DNA of 64,000 bases from Octopus sinensis (GCF_006345805.1 NC_043007.1:42904001-42968000), one strand, 5' to 3'; positions 26,171-39,169 are shown, counted from the stretch's first letter. The notes: a model not told the origin generated them from the letters alone. Translations and numbers: made by a program.

Positions 26171-26564
26171 AGGTGGGCACCATTAATCAAAAAGTTAACT
26201 TCATTAACGGTTAATCTGTTAGCTAAAAAGTTAACCTTGATAACCATAAATCAGTTTATTTCCTAATGTAATGGAAGTTATCAATAAACCGTTAAGGTTA
26301 ATTTTTATTATAGAAAAAAATTAAAAATCGGTTTTTGTTCTAAAAACACCTTTAAAAAGTGCCAAAACTATAAAATCTGTGAACTTCAATTGAATTGAAG
26401 TTAATGGAAGTTAACTCAAGTTGACTTGAGTTAATGGAAGTTAAATGTAACAGAAGTTAATTAATCTGATAATTATTTCTAAAGTTAACTTAAAAATTAA
26501 ATTGTTAATGAAAATGTTAACTTCATTAATTACTGATTAATGGATTAATGGTTTGGTGCCCAGT
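26171..26564. mobile_element. MITE with GGGCACC termini and many AGTTAA/GTTAAC motifs
   Basis: gtgggcaccattaatc left, gattaatggtttggtgcccag right. Confidence 0.6.
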
Positions 26565-27041
26565 TTTACTTATTACCTCCTGGAAAATTTTTAAAAAGGC
26601 CTTTTAAGAGGTGCTTTTTTGTAAATGTTAGAAAAATAATCTCTATTGTCTGATATGATCATGTATCTTACCACTTGTCTTTCTATGTTGGTATGAGTTA
26701 GATGTGACAGTAAATACAAATTTGCCCTAAATGATTCAATGCTTTCATTGGTTCTTACATATGAAATTAGAAAGTTTGTTATTGGTTAGCCTAAGGCCAA
26801 GTCTGACTGAGCAGGTCTATGATCTAAGACATTCCAACTTTGATTGCTGTATCTGATTTTTGAAGAGTACACTATTCAATGTGTCCTATCTTTTTTTTAT
26901 GGTGATTTGAGAGATTTAGCTGCTATTTCTATTAGATCAACTCTCTTGGTTTGTAAATATTATTGTGAACCAGTTGGATAACATTTAATTCAGTTTTTTG
27001 TTGTGGTTTTTGATTTATTTGATAATTATTCTTTTTCTCAG

Positions 27042-27122
27042 ATTTCCGAAAAAGACCAAATGCTGGAATCATCAGAAGAACTCATGCAGAAAATGTTCGA
27101 TAAAAAAATATGTTCATATCGG
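27042..27122 (+). CDS. ERLEC1: ERLEC1 exon 3
   Basis: tttttctcag acceptor; ISEKDQMLESSEELMQKMFDKKICSYR resembles ELLEPLFKQSSCSYR; donor GTAATT. Confidence 0.88.
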
Positions 27123-27394
27123 GTAATTATACCATGATTTTTCATATTATAAGGCTGTGGTGTGAGAAAATATATTTTCTGTGATGCAAAAAAAAAAAAA
27201 TGCAGTTTGACATTCTTTTTGTGAAGTCCTTTGTAAATGAGTATGATATTCACTTGATAGTGAATTACTGGGGACCATAAGTTTAAGATGTCATGGACTG
27301 TTGCACACTTCCCAACATATATAGCAAGGTTTAAGCCCAATGATGATGATGATGCTAATAATAATAATAATAATAATAATTTCAAATTTTGTTA

Positions 27395-27740
27395 GAAGGC
27401 CAGCAATTGTAAGGGATGGTGTAAGTTGATTACATAAACCGCAGTGTGCAACTGGTACTCATTTCATCAACCCTGAAAGGATGAATGGTAAAGTCAACCT
27501 TACTGGAATTTGAACTCAGAATGTAAAGCTGAGAGAAATACTTTTAAGCTTTTTGTCTGACATGCTAATGATTCTGCCAGCTCACCACCTTCAATAATAA
27601 TAATCAGGAGAAGAATTCTTTCCACTATAAGCACAAAGACTGGTACTTAGTTCACTGACCCTGAAAGGAGAAAAGGCAAAGTCAGCTTCAGCAGAATTTG
27701 AACTCAGGACATAAATTCTACTAAGCATTTTGTTAAGCTC
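27395..27740 (-). mobile_element. two adjacent SINE family B copies
   Basis: ctggtact..ccctgaaagga..aaagtca..gaatttgaactcag occurs twice. Confidence 0.7.
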
Positions 27741-28367
27741 AGGAACTGGATCTGAACTGACTGAAATATTACATGACTCTTTTTTCTAGATGAACTATTA
27801 CTTGAGTCTTTGCTATGGCTATGGAAATGTTCTTTGTAGGCCATATGAAGCTGATCAGATTTATGCTGTTGATGTTGTTTCAATATATTTAAGTCAATGA
27901 TTGTCAAAAAAGAAATAAAATGGATAGGAAAGGTATGAGCATAGGGATTAGTGCCAGGCTCAAGGAGGAAGACACAATATGACTGATGAGAGGAAGAGAG
28001 AGACAAATGTGTCAGGTGAGTTCTGGTGGAGGTAGTATGTAGCTATCTAACGCTCTGCAAGCAGAGACAGTTGTAGTAGCAGTAGAAAAGGTAAAGTGTG
28101 AAGACAGCATAATCATGAGCAAGAGGTTCAATATGTTGGTGGATGAATGAGTAAGATTACTTTCTTCTGGAATCACTGCCTAGAAATCAAGAAGTGCAAG
28201 TCAAATTGCATGTGAAATTTATATATTGTTCTCAGTGTAACATGTCACCATATATGTTTCCCCTTCTCCTGTTCAACAACAGCTTGACTTCTTTAAATGT
28301 TCAGCTTCACTCATTAACCTGCATATCAACATATTATTTTGATTGCTAATTTTCTCATCCTTCATAG

Positions 28368-28445
28368 ATTGAAAGTTTCTGGACATATGAACTTTGTCAT
28401 GGGAAATACATGAGGCAATATCACGAAAGCAAAGATTTAGGCAAG
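28368..28445 (+). CDS. ERLEC1: ERLEC1 exon 4 (MRH1 start)
   Basis: [26 protein letters not shown], classic MRH motif; ttcatag / GTAAGT. Confidence 0.95.
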
Positions 28446-28508
28446 GTAAGTGAAAATTTTTGCATCAGAAATTTTTCTATCTCATCTATGGCTTATGGTT
28501 ACAGTGTG

Positions 28509-28697
28509 TGTTGCAATCGCATGTCAGACTGTTATAACGTCCACTCCAGTATAGCAGTACAGTTAGTTAGACAATTAAGATACGACTCTCTATGACTGAC
28601 TACCCTGACTGCTCAATGTCACAGTATTTGTAATGACTAGCACATACCACTCATCACGTGGCGGGAGTATTTCATTATTACTATCATCCCCATAACA
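28509..28697 (-). repeat. 3' LTR (189 bp); PPT at 28698-28708
   Basis: homologous to 34722-34903; preceded on - strand by AAAAGGGGAGA. Confidence 0.9.
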
Positions 28698-28741
28698 TCT
28701 CCCCTTTTAAGTTTTCTTTTTCTTTTTTAGAGAGTGTAATT

Positions 28742-29077
28742 TTATTTATTTCTATTAGCAATAATTTTTACATCATCCCACCTTACATTGTGTATATTGG
28801 GAATATAAATTTGATAGTAATTTACTAATCCCAGGAATGCTTGTAGCATAGTTACATTATTCAGTGTGGGCATATTTTTTATTGCAGTTGCTCTGAATGG
28901 ATCTGGTTTCCGTCTGTTTTTATCTATTATCTGGCCCAAGTAATTAATTTTTTTCAGGAAGAACTCATATTTTTCTTCACTTAACTTAAAACTGTATTCT
29001 CTTATCTTTTCAAATACCCTCTTTATGTGTTCTACATGTTTGTGTGATTCACTTTTTATTAGGATATCATCTAAATA
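28742..29077 (-). pseudogene. C-terminal RT remnant starting at YLDD
   Basis: YLDDILIKS..IKRVFEKIREYSFKL..LGQIID..LQAFLGLVNYY. Confidence 0.9.
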
Positions 29078-32000
29078 CCATAAAAATCCATGTAATTTGT
29101 ACACCCGTGTAATTTACGCAGGTGATTTTCAGGATAAAATTTGTGAAAAAAAGCTTCTACTTATGTAAAATTTGTGCCCAAAAGTTTTCAGAATTGCCGA
29201 TATAGCCAGGGGTAAAAGGTTTTCAGTTTAGTTGTACTTAGCATAATTTCACTTATGATTAGATTTTCTTAAATTTTCATTAAATAAAGATAATTTCTAT
29301 TTAATAGGTATCACATTGAAAGCTATTAAATTACAAAATGTTTGTGTTGCTTATAATAAACTTTATTTTACATTTCTTGCCCACAAGAGATTATGTCCGA
29401 TCTTTAGCATACTGCTGTATGTCTTCTCAAATCACGATCACAGGAAAAGTTCTTGATAAGAATTACTAACAAAAACAAATAAATATGCACAGGTGTTGCA
29501 AATTAAGTTTAATACCAATAAACATCAGCTTGGATGACACTTTACTCAACTGACAAAGGAAAGTGACTAGTCAAACTGATTATGTAAACAGAATTCTTTT
29601 CTGCCTATACTTGTTGGAACCTTTGATACAGAGTGTCAAAATCTTAATCACTTTCACACTTATAAAATGTTAAGTAAATTAAAAAATTTGTCATTACCAT
29701 TACTGTCAGTATGGGCAGAACATATGAATTGTTTACTGTGAAGGAGAAATTAAATATGCTGAATATGCATTTGAATGTGACAACAGAGCTGCCAGAAGGT
29801 ATTTTAACGTTAATGAAGCCAATGTTCAAAATTGGTGTAAACAACTTAAAACTGTGTCAAGTAATAAACAGACAAAAATAGAAACATACAATCAAGATTA
29901 TCCATATCATTACATTTTTTCAGTTAGGAATATTCTTATCACTATGTATGTCAATGCTGCTCCGTTGCAATAGGTAGAAACTGCAAGCAATGTAAAATAT
30001 GGCCCGGACCGTATTTAGCAGCATGAACGTCAGACTTCAAAAAGTAGTTAACCATTTAATGGTTTTAATAAATTTATACGGAAAAAGTAAGCATTATACT
30101 GTCCAGCATAAATAAAAGTCAACTTCATTATATTTAAACCATTATTTTTTCTGTAAAAACCTATTCTGACATTAAATGAGTCAACTTCTAGTGCAAATTT
30201 TTATATTTTGTACGTCTATTTTCAACCCCCCCCCCCACCACCAAAAAAAACAAGGCTATCTGATGAACAGGAAGACTGATTTTATGACACCCTCTTGCAA
30301 ACTACCTTGTCAATGAATGACAGAGACCTTATTTTGTGGCTGGTGACTTCAATGAGAATGTTGGGCAACATACAGGGGGCTTCCATGAGAGATGTATTAC
30401 TTGAAGCTTTTGATGAAATAGAGGCGGATAATGTAGAAGACAACTGGAGATTCCTATGGAACAACTTGTTGAGGGCTACTGACCAGACCTGTGTCCCCTC
30501 TCAACCCAAGGTAACAGGGTGGTGGAACAATGTAGTTTACAGGACCATCAAGGAAAAGAAACAGACATGGAAGAACTGGAAGAACAGTGATAGCAGGGAA
30601 CTGTATCAGATTGCCAGAAGGGAAGCTAGGAGACAGGTTTACTTAGCCAGAGGGGAAGCAGATAAGAAAAAATTGACCAATGTTCTGCATCGTGAGGACC
30701 AAAGACTTGAAGTGTTTCATGTTGCAAGGCAGTGTGTGAGAGAGAATCGTAATGTCATAGGAGAGAAATGTGTCTGCATGGATGAAGGCTCACTTGCATT
30801 TAATGAGTCTGAAAAGAGAGAGACTTGGAGAACCCACTATGAAAGGTTGCTAAATGAAGAGAATGAATGGGAGGAAGAGAGTCTCCCAAGTGTCAACCCA
30901 ACAGAGGGACCAGCTATCCGAATTGACAGTACCTTGGTAGATAAAGCAGGAATCACTGCAGAGATGCTTAAAATATCTAGCGGTGCCAGCTATAGTCTAG
31001 TCACCCGTATAGTCAACTAGGTGATACATGAAGGAGTCATACCCAATGACTGGTGTAGCAGCACCATAGTCAACTGCTACAAAGGTAGAGGTGATGCATT
31101 AGATACAAATAATTACAGAGGTATCAAGTTGTTGGATCAGGTAATGAAGGTTACAGAGAGGGTCATAGCCCAACTAATTAGGGAGAGAGTTAGCTTAAAT
31201 GAGATGCAGTTTGGTTTCGTGCCAGGAAAAAGCACTACTGATGCTATATTTCTGGTAAGTCAGCTGCAGGAGAAATACCTAGTCAAAGACTTGGTTTTTG
31301 TTGACATGGAGAAAGCCTTTGACAGAGTTCCCCGATCCCTTATCTGGTAGTCAATGTGGAAACTAGGGATAGATGAGCAATTAGTAAGCGCTGTACAAGC
31401 CATATACAGGGATGCTGTCAGTAAGGTGAAGTTTGGTAATGAGTATAGTGAAGAATTCTGGGTTGGGGTAGGGGACCACCAAGGATTAGTCCTCAGACCC
31501 CTCTTATTCATCATGGTCCTCCAGGCAATAACAGAAGAATTTAAGACAGCATGCTCCTGGGAGCTTTTCTATGCTGATGATCTTGCTCTAATAGCTGAGT
31601 CACTATCAGAACTAGAGGATAATTTTCAAGTGTAGAAGCAAGGTCTAGAATCGAAGGGCCTTAGAGCCAATCTAACAAAAACCAAAGTTTTAGTAAATAG
31701 GAAGGCAGACAAATTGCCAATCCCTGCTCGATCTGTAGAAAAGGTAGAAACTCCATAAGATGTACCTAGTGTAAGCTATGGGCACATAAGAGGTGCAGCA
31801 ATATCAGAGGAAGGTTAACAGGGAAGATAGTTTTTGTGTGTGGGCAACAGACACTGAAAATATGTGTGGGCAATAAACACTGAAAATGTGGAGAAAACAG
31901 CTTCCATCACATGCTAGGGGGAAAAACTAGAAGTAATTGATAGCTTCTGTTACCTAGGTGACCAAATCAATAGCAGGGATGGATGCCCTGAGAGTGTTTC

Positions 32001-33123
32001 TGTTAGAAAAAGAATAGCTTGGACAAAGTTCAGAGAGCTCCTACCTCTGCTGGTAACAAATGGCCTCTTGCTGAGAGTGAAAGGTAGATTGTATGATGCA
32101 TGTGTGTGAACAGCCATGCTACATGGCAGTGAAACATGGGCTGTGACTGCTGAGGACATGTGTAAGTTTGCAAGAAATGAAGCTAGTATGCTCCACTGGA
32201 TGTGTAATGTCAGTGTGCATACACGACAGTGTAAGTGCCCTGAGAGAAAAGTTGGACATAAGGAGCATCAGATGTGGTGTGCAAGAGAGACGACTGTGCT
32301 GATATGTCATGTGTTGTGTATGGATGAGGACAGTTGTGTGAAAAGTGTCACATCCTAGCAGTAGCAGTAGAGATAACCTGTGGAAGATCCAGGAAGACCT
32401 GGGATGAAGTGGTGAAGCATGACCTTTGGATGTTGGGCCACACAAATGCAATGACAAGTGACCAAGACCTTTCGAGATATGCTGTACTTGAGAAGACCCA
32501 GCAAGCCAAGTGAGACCGTAACTGTGGCCTTATCCAGTGTAGCATAACCGTGTAGTACCTCTCAATCATTGGGCAATGAACTGTGCTTGAGTAGACCTAT
32601 TGAGTAAAGTGAAATCATTGTCATTGCTGATGCCAGTACTTTCTGACTGGCACCCATGCCAGTGGCATGTATAAAGCACCATTCAAGTATATTTGTTGCC
32701 AGTACCCACTGACTGGCATCCGTGCTAGTGGCATGTAAAAGGTACCATTCAAGCATGGTTGTTACTAGTGCTGCCTGACTAGCTCCCGTGCCGGTGACAC
32801 GTAAAGAGTACCATTCAAGTGTGGTCAGTGCCAGTACCACCTGACTGGCCCTTGTGCTGGTGACACATAAAGAACACTCACTACACTCTAGGAGTGGTTG
32901 GTGTTAGGAAGGGCATCCAGCTCTAGAAACCTTGCCAGATCATTTTGGAGCCTGGTGCAGCCTTCTGGCTTGCCAGCCCTCAGTCAAACTGTCCAACCCA
33001 TGCCAGCATGGAAGGTGGACGTTAAACATTGATGATGATGATCTACTCATGTAATTTATGCACCCACTAAAGTTTATTTTTATTTTTGTGGTAAAAATGT
33101 GTAAATTGCATTTGTTTTTACAG
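29078..33123 (+). mobile_element. pogo/Tigger-like DNA transposon remnant nested in the LTR element
   Basis: TA|ccataaaaatccatgtaattt and aaattgcatttgtttttacag|TA degenerate TIRs with TA TSD; 29711-29850 encodes AEYAFECDNRAARRYFNVNEANVQNWCKQ, Brinker-type HTH of pogo transposases. Confidence 0.8.
30250..33042 (+). mobile_element. RTE LINE copy (about 2.8 kb, decayed) nested in the pogo element
   Basis: APE remnant, linker, NYRGIKLL, QFGF-PGKSTTDAIF, FVDMEKAFDRVPR, FYADDL, 3' tail with (GAT)n. Confidence 0.95.
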
Positions 33124-33610
33124 TAGGTGATAGTAAAATTACTGTCCGCCAGCACTGTATCCATTACTTGTTGAAATATGGAAGAGGCCTCTTCTACACC
33201 GAAGGGAAGCTGCTTAAATTTAAATAAGCCAATTAATGGCTAATAAGTGTGAGCATTCCTCTACTTGGATTTGTAAATATGCATCCAAGAGGTCTAATTT
33301 TGAGAAGAATTTCTCTCCATTCAATTTTGCAAACACTTCCTCAAGACTTGGCAATTGTAGTTATGTGAGATGAACTGAATTTTTTAACACATACTTTTGC
33401 TGTTTTCATTTGGTCACGAAATGTCACATCACACACAAATTCAACTACAAAATGCAATCTTTTACCTGTAACACCATGTGCTACTTTTGTATATTTATTT
33501 AATTTTGGCTTATCGATATGCTTCACTTCCAAGTTTCTTCATTCACAATGGTAATATCACTTCCATTGTATAACTACATCTTTACTCTTATATTTTCAAT
33601 TTTCACATTT
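33124..33610 (-). pseudogene. protease and N-terminal RT remnant of the LTR element
   Basis: LYNGSDITIVNEETW (degenerate LDTGSD), FSKLDLLDAYLQI, LPFGV..SSIFQQVMDTVLA..FTITY. Confidence 0.85.
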
Positions 33611-33689
33611 ATTAATTTCCTCTTTGTAACATTACCATTTTCTTTCAACAACATCTTGTTTATTCTTTTCTCTTTGTTCCAACATTTTG

Positions 33690-34611
33690 TCATCTTAGTT
33701 TTACAGCGCACTTTTGCATGTCCAATTTTTCCACAACAGAAACATTCCACTTTCTTAAATGGGTTTTTTTTTCTCAGGTGTAGACCTCCACGTGCACAAC
33801 ATGGGTTTGTTTCCTGATTTTTGTCCTGTTTGTATTGTATTGTATTTTAAGTACACACTTGATTCCTATTCTGCCTGTTTCACACTTGTTTCACTTAGGA
33901 ACAATTATTATGTTCAATTTTCTCTGCATCATTTTTTAATTTTCCAATTCTTTCACACTCTTCTGACACTTGTTGTAAGGTTACAGCTTGGTTTTGTTCC
34001 AGCTTAGTGAGAATTCTTGTTCTTACTTCTGTATCTTTTTCTATAGTTACTCCCTGAGTAAATATCAGGCACTTGAACATATCTGATTTTAATTCATCCA
34101 GTTTGAATTTTTCACATTCTCTGTTAACTCTGCCAGCATATATGATGTAGTCCTCATTGTTCTTTTCCAGGTTCAAATATTTCCAGTGTGTATTGAACAA
34201 CGAGCTTTTCTTGCTAAAATTTTTACACAATATGTCTATTGTATTTTTAAAGTTTATGTCAGAAGGTTTTTTTGGGAGTACATAATTGCTGCAATGCTCA
34301 TGTTCTCCTGCCACTTTTCTTAGGATTAGATGCATTTTCATATCATCGTCCCAGTCTTTGCTCTCTTTATTAAAGATCTGTTTGTATCTTCTATAGTATG
34401 CCTCAAAGGTAACTCCTTCATCTGGTTTATACTTAAATTCTGTTATTGTGTTTACAACATAATCTGGTGAGAACATCTTTTCAGCATTTTTGGATGACTT
34501 ACTATTCATTAATTGTAACGTTCTTTGCTGTAGTAGTAATTGTTGCTGTTGTTCTTTCAGTTGTTGTTGCTGTTTTTGCAACTGGAGCAAACCAGCCAAC
34601 AATTCTTCCAT
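33690..34611 (-). pseudogene. gag remnant with tandem zinc knuckles
   Basis: 238-aa ORF (F-Y-P-EG-TF--YYRRY..SLFN..W..LNL..CLIF-QG) then, in another frame, C--RGGLH and CFCCGKIGHAKVRC. Confidence 0.88.
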
Positions 34612-34721
34612 AATTTTACAATTTTGTATACCATAAAATTTTCACAAAAAACTTTAGTGAGTTTCGTAACTCCTTGTGAATTTGTTTATTCCTACTGAGT
34701 TTGCTAATTCCTCATCACCAC

Positions 34722-34903
34722 TGTTGTAATCTCACATCAGACTGTTATAATGTCCACTCTGGTATAGCAATGTAGTTAAACAAGTAAGATACAACCATCT
34801 ATGACCAACTACCCCGACTGCTCAATGTCACAGTATTTGTGACTATCACATACCACTCATCACATGGGAGAGATGTTCCATTATTACTATTATCCCCATA
34901 ACA
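34722..34903 (-). repeat. 5' LTR (182 bp); PBS at 34710-34720
   Basis: TGT..ACA ends; followed on - strand by TGGTGATGAGG. Confidence 0.9.
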
Positions 34904-36535
34904 GTATGTGTCGAGCAGAAGTCATTTGGGCTGCTCTTAAACATATCTGTATTCACACTACAAAAACTCATAATGCTGATACTCAACTCCAGTTTTTGCA
35001 GTATTACGCAAACTCTTTACCTGGTCAAATCTGTTGACAGTAGCTTTTCTTGTGGCAGGAGTTGAATTCAGCAGTGTAAGTGAATGAAATGTTGTGTTAT
35101 TGCTATAGCTTACAATTGATAACTATATCATCTGTGATACTTACTTATAGTTTGGTGAGCCAACCAGGGAGCTTCTTCACAGTCATTTGATATGCTACAA
35201 AATAGCAACCAAATTTCCTTTAAATTGCTCTTTCTCATTTTAGATAATCTATGTCTGAATAAAAGATTGAGGTGAGGTAATGGCTGAAATGTTTTTGCTC
35301 ATAGTTCAGGGCTATACTAGGTTCAACAGCAAATCTTTATTATTCACCTCTGAAAATTTTAAATGTTCATAGATACAATGCAACACCAGTGTCATGACTG
35401 AACTGCTAATGTCTTGGCACCCTGATGAGTCAAAAGTTTTTCAATGAGTCACTCACCAACCTAAAAATACATCAAAAGTGTATGCTCTGAGTTCAAATAT
35501 CAACTAGGTCAACTTTGTTTCTTCTTCCAAGGTTGATAAAATAAATACCACATGTTCCGGGGTTGATATAATCAACTAAAACCTTTAAGGTGGTACCCCT
35601 ATGTAGTCACAATACAATCACTGAAACAAGTGAATGAATAAAAGAATTTATTCTATATATGGAATGTGTTACACATAAATCTTAAAATAGTGAAAACTCT
35701 TTCATTGACTTCTTATCATGGCTTTACAATTTTTGATAGTTTTAAAATTATTTATTTTGCACTCCAATCTTATAAATCTCCTTGTACACATGCATCCACG
35801 TACATGCATGTACACTTGCACACACACACACACACATGTGCATGTGCACACTATAAGTTCTTGGCTGTTGAAAGAGCAAGACAGCAACTGTATGTAACTG
35901 AAAAGTCATGAGACATATTTTTGAGTGGAAGAGCTCAGTGTCTCCTTCACATCTGATTGTGCTTCTTGTGTGGGAAGGTCTAAGAATTCCAAGGTGGAGC
36001 CTTTCATCTTCTGATTAACTAATAATGTAATAATGCCTTTCACACTGCAAGTTTTCTGTTGTGTCTCTTAACTGGACACTTAATTCCATATGCTTCAGTG
36101 TACCAAACCTTCAGGAAACCTTTTCATCAGAACACTAGTAACTTAACCAAGGGCAAAATTGTCTCTCATGATTTGTAACCTGTTGTACATAATAACTCTA
36201 TGAAACCTCTTAGTCTTTTATAAAAGGTTGTATAAACATTGTCATTATCATGGTAAAACAGGCTTCAAGCTAATAAAAGATCCTTTGAATTCTAATGTAC
36301 CTACTTAAAATTGGAGGAATGTTTTGAATAAAGTAATCCTGAATATAAATTAAAATTGTTTATTTGGAACTGGTCCTGGGCCTCACAACTGTTAGACTTT
36401 ACTAAAAAAATTAAGTTCTATTACTTTTTATGAATTTTTATATATTTGATCTAAAGGTTCAAGTTATAACCATTGATGACCGATTCACCACTTTGTTAAT
36501 TCAATGTTTTTTTTTCCAATTCCTTGTTTTTACAG

Positions 36536-36599
36536 AAACGGCAGATACAGGAATATTTCCTTGGTTACAATAAAGGATCAAATTTAGAAAGGTCTGGAT
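36536..36599 (+). CDS. ERLEC1: ERLEC1 exon 5
   Basis: tttttacag acceptor; KRQIQEYFLGYNKGSNLERSG resembles IHEYYLG; donor GTAAGT, phase 1. Confidence 0.88.
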
Positions 36600-37669
36600 G
36601 TAAGTCAGGCTGCTTTTTTTTTCTTTCTTTTTCTTTTCTTTTTAAAATTCATATTTTGTTTCTTTGTGGTTAAAAATTCAATTCACAAACGTGTGGTTCT
36701 GGGGTTCAGTCCCACTGCATAAAAGATTACATAAGTGTCTTCTACAATAGCCCCTGACCAACCATTGACTTGTGAGTGATGGAAACTATATGGAAGCCTG
36801 TCATATATGTGTGTGTATTATGTGAATGGTTACAGTCTTAGATACCTTCACATGAAATTGTTCAAGTAAAAGCCATGAGAGTATGTTGACAATTCCGTCA
36901 ACAAATCACCCACCCTATTGCTCAGTGTTTTCAAAGACAAATTAAAATCTACTAGAAAAACTGGAATGGGTTAGTGACACTCAGCTACTGTAAAACATTG
37001 CCTCAGTAATGTATTTGTCCCAGCTTATGCTAGCATGGAATAACCGTTAAACGAATTGATAAACAAACAAAATGAACTCGGTTCCATTGTGGTTGTTTAG
37101 CCCCTAGTCAACCACGAACAAGCAAACTTTTGATCAAAAGCCTTCCAGCTGGATATATTATATATATTTCAGATATAATATATTCAGAACTATATGATCT
37201 ATGGCTTTAATTTTTTTTAAATGTTATAATGTGATTTGGGGGAGATTTAGCTACTATATCTAACAAGTCAAGTAACCTCATTGGCTCACTTTTGTAATTG
37301 CCTTTGTCATCATTTTTATCAACCATTGTCATTATTATTATTATTATTGTACCTGTCGTGATTATTATCACCACTACCATCATCATCATCATCATCATCA
37401 TGTTCATTATATTGGCTTTAATTTATAGTATCACTAAATCATTGTTTTTGTTATTATCATCATTATCATTTTTTGTTATTTTTTTATTATTGTTACCAAT
37501 ATCATGTTGACTCCTCCTCATTAGTATCATTAATATCACCATTCTATCATTGGTATCACCATTCCTTCAACCTTAAGCATCATTATCAACTTTTGTCACT
37601 ATTATCACCACCATTCACTACACAAATATACCTCCTTTGTGATCATCCCATTTCATCATCATTATCATC

Positions 37670-38170
37670 GTTTAGCGTCCGCTTTCTATGCTAGCATGGG
37701 TTGGACGGTTCAACTGGGGTCTGGGAAGCCAGAAAGCTGCACCAGGCCCAGTCTGATTTGGCAATGTTTCTACGGCTGGATGCCCTTCCTAATGCCAACC
37801 ACTCCATGAGTGTGGTGAGTGCTTTTTACATGCCACTGGTACAGGTGCCAGATGAGGCTGGCAAACGGCCACGATCGGATGGTGCTTTTTAAATGCTACT
37901 GGCACAGGGGCCAGGCAAGGCTGGCACCGGCCACGATCAGATGGTGCTTTTTACATGCCACCAGCACGAGGCCAGTCGGGGCGGCGCTGGCAACGGCCAC
38001 GTTCGGATGGTTCTCTTACGTACCACCGGCACTGGTATCACAGCTGCAATTTCCATTGATGTTGATCGATTTCGATTTTCACTTGCCCCAACAGGTCTTC
38101 ACAAATAGAGTTTTGTGTCCCAAGAAGGAAAGGTATGCATAAGTGGACTGGCTACATCCCATGTAAAGGC
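37670..38170 (-). mobile_element. RTE 3' tail with tandem subrepeats
   Basis: reverse complement of tail at 1-576 and 32460-33040. Confidence 0.88.
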
Positions 38171-39169
38171 AACGGGTTTAAAAGTACTATCATGAGCCAA
38201 TGAAGAAGCTACTAGAAATAACAGCTAAATATCCCTCGAATCATATTTTCATGCCTTAAAAAGAGAATGAGATATAGACAAAGAATTATGTGGTCCTTGA
38301 TATATAGTTAAGAGACCAAGGCTTGAAAAACTTTGATCATAGGTCTACCCAATCAGGGAACATCAGCAACAAACCTTACTATCAGTCCATTACAAACAAC
38401 ACCATCTTCTCTAGCATCTGCCACCATGATTCACTGAAGGAGCCTCTTTGCTGTCATTCAGCCTGCTTGAAATAGCAGTCAAACCTTTCTCAAATAACTA
38501 ATATCCCACAGTCTTAAAAAGAAAAAGATATACTTAGATAATGTAGACCTGAAATAAAGACAGGATAGTCACAACTTAAATGACTTATACCTTTGCTCGA
38601 TCAACCACAATGCTACTGTTAGCAGCATTTGTATCCATTTTCATGAGGAAATATTACCCTACCTTACTTAGAAACAGCTGAACGTTAGCAACAGAAAGAG
38701 CATCCAGCCATAGAAAATTCACTTCCACAAATTCTATATGACCCAGGAAAGTGGATATTTTAAATGATGATGAAACAGTGACATAAACTCTAAAATTCAG
38801 TTAGTTCATTGGTAGATTATTGTATTAACCCCTTTGGTGGAATGACAGACAAAGCTGACTGTAGTGGGATTTGAACACAGGCATCAATAAATACTACAAC
38901 ACTTTTTATCCATTGCTTTTCTAATGCTGACTCTATTTCTCCACTGTTGTCTTTGTCTTACTCAAATAACAGCTTAACTTTGGACAATGCTTGTCACAAC
39001 TGAAGTTTGAAACTGTTGGCCTGATGTAAGAAAGTTATCTATACAACCATCTTTATGCTTCTTTAATTGCTCACTCGATGATTTCCAAGAATAACATGAA
39101 TTTTGTGTTGCTTTTTAGTGAAACAGAATTAAATTGTTCCTCTTCTTTTTATTGTTTCCAAAGTATTTT

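Larger units (their letters stand above)
28509..34903 (-). mobile_element. Ty3/Gypsy (Mag-like) LTR retrotransposon, internally deleted, with nested insertions
   Basis: two TG..CA LTRs, PBS, PPT, gag/protease/RT remnants, flanks gtgtg / gtatg as probable 5-bp TSD. Confidence 0.92.

Noticed and set aside
32600-32885. Repeat-spacer-like periodicity resembling a CRISPR array
   Set aside because: Eukaryotic context, units are degenerate tandem copies without unique spacers, no cas genes
30230-33050. Target-site duplication for the nested RTE
   Set aside because: No convincing direct repeat at the two ends
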